The position numbers and the translations under genes are program-made. The notes under the pieces were generated by a model. That model had not been told where the DNA came from. It worked only from the letters and a program-made list of their open reading frames with translations, and did not search any database. A stretch of DNA of 64,000 nucleotides from Dimorphilus gyrociliatus (taxonomy: Eukaryota > Animalia > Annelida), in contig CAJFCJ010000008.1 in the NCBI GenBank assembly GCA_904063045.1, forward strand, positions 682,001-746,000. Reading direction: 5' to 3'. Shown piece after piece: positions 61,810-64,000 of the stretch. How positions within the stretch are numbered: the stretch's first letter is position 1; the number at the start of each line of letters is the position of its first letter.

Positions 61810-63277
61810 TTAGCTTAGAATCTCTTGAGCTTTATTGTGTACCAAACCCTCCATTGATGAGACTTGATCACACCATGAGTTTAATCGGTCAGCCATCGTT
61901 CTTATCTGATCTTTATCCAATACTCTAGGTTGAACCCAGCTCATATGAACTGTTTGATCGACTTGATCGATTGAGCCCTTGACAAGTTTCAATGATAAAG
62001 CCCTCATAACTAGGTGTTCTACTTCGCCTTTGTTAAGATCTGTTTCTTTGGCGATATCAGAAAAATTTAAAACTCTTTCTGTAGCTGGCCTTTTAAAAGT
62101 CATTTCCATCAGACAAAGCAAAGAGATTTTCTGTCTCATATATTTTTCATTTACGTTTAAGTCAGGCTGCTTACTCCAATGAACTTTTAGATCCTGATAT
62201 TGGCTTATATTGCCGCTATTAAAAGCAAACAGAAGTTGTACGAGCCAGGATTTATCAGATTTTCTTAAAGCTTCTAAGATGTCGTGTTGTAAAAGTTCAC
62301 CAAAATTATAAATGCCACTTCCCAAAATAGCTGCTAGTCCAATATTGAAAGCCCTTTCGATTTGATCTTGGTCTGTAATAATTTATACAAATAAATAAAT
62401 AAAGAGTAAATTGTGTGTAACAAAAAGCCTCACTGGATAAAGTTTTCACATCTATGCAACCGAGATATCTCAAAGCATCTCGATAGTAGTCAGCATGATT
62501 AGCTTGTCGTTTATGAAAATTACTACATAGCTCGTAGTAAGGTGCATGGACTGAGGTTACACCATCTAGCTCTTCAAGTAAGTTTCCAGCCTCGTCAATA
62601 ACATGCTAAAAAATAATTTGAAATAAGGTGAAAAAGAATTCAAATTCTCCTTTTATAAATACTTTAACTTTATCCGTATCATTCAATAAAATATAATAAT
62701 TTCCTTCAGTTATAAGACATAAAACAACTGCCTCGTTATCATTTTTTACTTTTTCCTTTCGAATCTTTTCAATAAATGCAAGAGCTTGTGTATTATCTGC
62801 AATTGATCAATTTATAATATAGACTATTAAATGTAAAAAAAAAACGTACCTTTCATTTGCCTTGCCACAGGGATGAGAATCTCTACCAAAGCAAGAGGAT
62901 TCATTCGGTGTTCAAAGTCTGATATGAAGTTTTGGTACAGCTAATGTTGATCAACAGGGTTATTAGAAAGAGTAATCAAAAATTTTCAAAGCGTAATACC
63001 TGCATTATTGCATCACCCTGCTGCAGTTGGGCGTTTTTAACAAATTTTTGTAGTCTTATTGTTAATTGATGCCATAATCTAAAGAGTGATAAAAGGAATG
63101 AAAAGCTGAGTCACAGCCGGCAAAACAATTTAGCCTAAAAATCTGCAATTATATTAAGTTATACTTAAAAACTTACTTCCTATTGTACAAATCCTCAAGG
63201 GCTGCCCATTCCTGGGATACTTCGCTAGAAGATTTCCTCTGTTGTTCGAAAAGATAAGCTGAAACGTCTCTCACCAT
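61810..63277 (-). CDS. PSMD13: 26S proteasome non-ATPase subunit 13 (Rpn9), 6 exons
   Basis: LEDLYNRK|[79 protein letters not shown]. Confidence 0.96.
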
Positions 63278-64000
63278 TTTTATTTAACGGAAGTGAATAT
63301 TTGGTAAAATATAAATTTTCTGTTAAAACAAACTGGTACTAATCCAGAGCCCTCTAGAGGTTCAATTAATATTTGAAGAAACTTTGTTGTAAATCCTTAA
63401 ATTTAATATAATTTTATTATTAATTAGAAAAGGTTAAAAGAAATAACCTTTTTCGGATTTAATGAGCGGAAAAATAATCCATATTCGACAGCTTCAACTG
63501 AATAAAAGAATAAAGTCTGACGAAATTGATATATATCAATATTTGCAAATTGGAATTAATAAAAGATTAGAAATGTAAAATAAGTTTTGATTAGTATTCT
63601 TGATAAACGAATTCTTGAATGTCAATTTAAGCAGAGGTTTCAATTAATTAAATCTTTGCTATTTCCCTTAGAAAATTGACGGTAGTTGAAAGGAAGTGGA
63701 ATATATTGAAACTTAAATATAGGAAATAAGCGAAAGAGTATGGATAACGAAACCGCAATAATACTGGATGAATAGATCTTGGTTTAAGAGCATACAATGT
63801 CTTTGTTCTTAATACCATACTTATCAGAGATTCTCTTTTTTCGCTGTTTCTTAGCGAACTTTACGACCTTGAAAAACAGTCTGTTTATTACACTGATAGA
63901 GGATAAAATCCGTAATAGAGCAAAATCGGATATTAGTAAATCGCCTGAAATACTTATGTCTTATATTTATAATAAATAAAATACTTATACTATATATGTG

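Overview
Eukaryotic (animal) genomic DNA that is very AT-rich and gene-dense, with mostly 50-70 nt GT-AG introns. This is consistent with a miniaturised lophotrochozoan genome such as the annelid Dimorphilus (inference, not proven). The ORF track uses TTG/GTG starts and ignores splicing, so gene models were rebuilt by hand from splice signals and reading phase. About 22 protein-coding loci were found: CFAP99-like (5' end), NDRG, an atypical G-alpha, a small CCAP-like neuropeptide precursor, a mucin-like type I membrane protein, LST2/ZFYVE28, Nck, POLR2L, PP2A-B55, importin-5, a GT11 fucosyltransferase, class II CPD photolyase, a GH3 xylosidase-like enzyme, P5CS, SLC35E3, an orphan coiled-coil protein, a J-domain/C2HC-finger protein, a Kelch-like protein, TMEM236-like, PEDS1, two tandem PARP2-like copies and PSMD13. 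No CRISPR, rRNA, tRNA or transposase was seen. The most notable items are: (1) a tandem PARP duplicate that keeps intact WWE-WWE-WGR exons while its catalytic part is deleted or decayed, a candidate reader-only or decoy PARP; (2) a G-alpha that naturally carries the RGS-insensitivity Gly->Ser change, lacks the P-loop Glu and has a truncated receptor-binding C-terminus; (3) a neuropeptide gene missed by the ORF track; (4) duplicated alternative last exons of NDRG.
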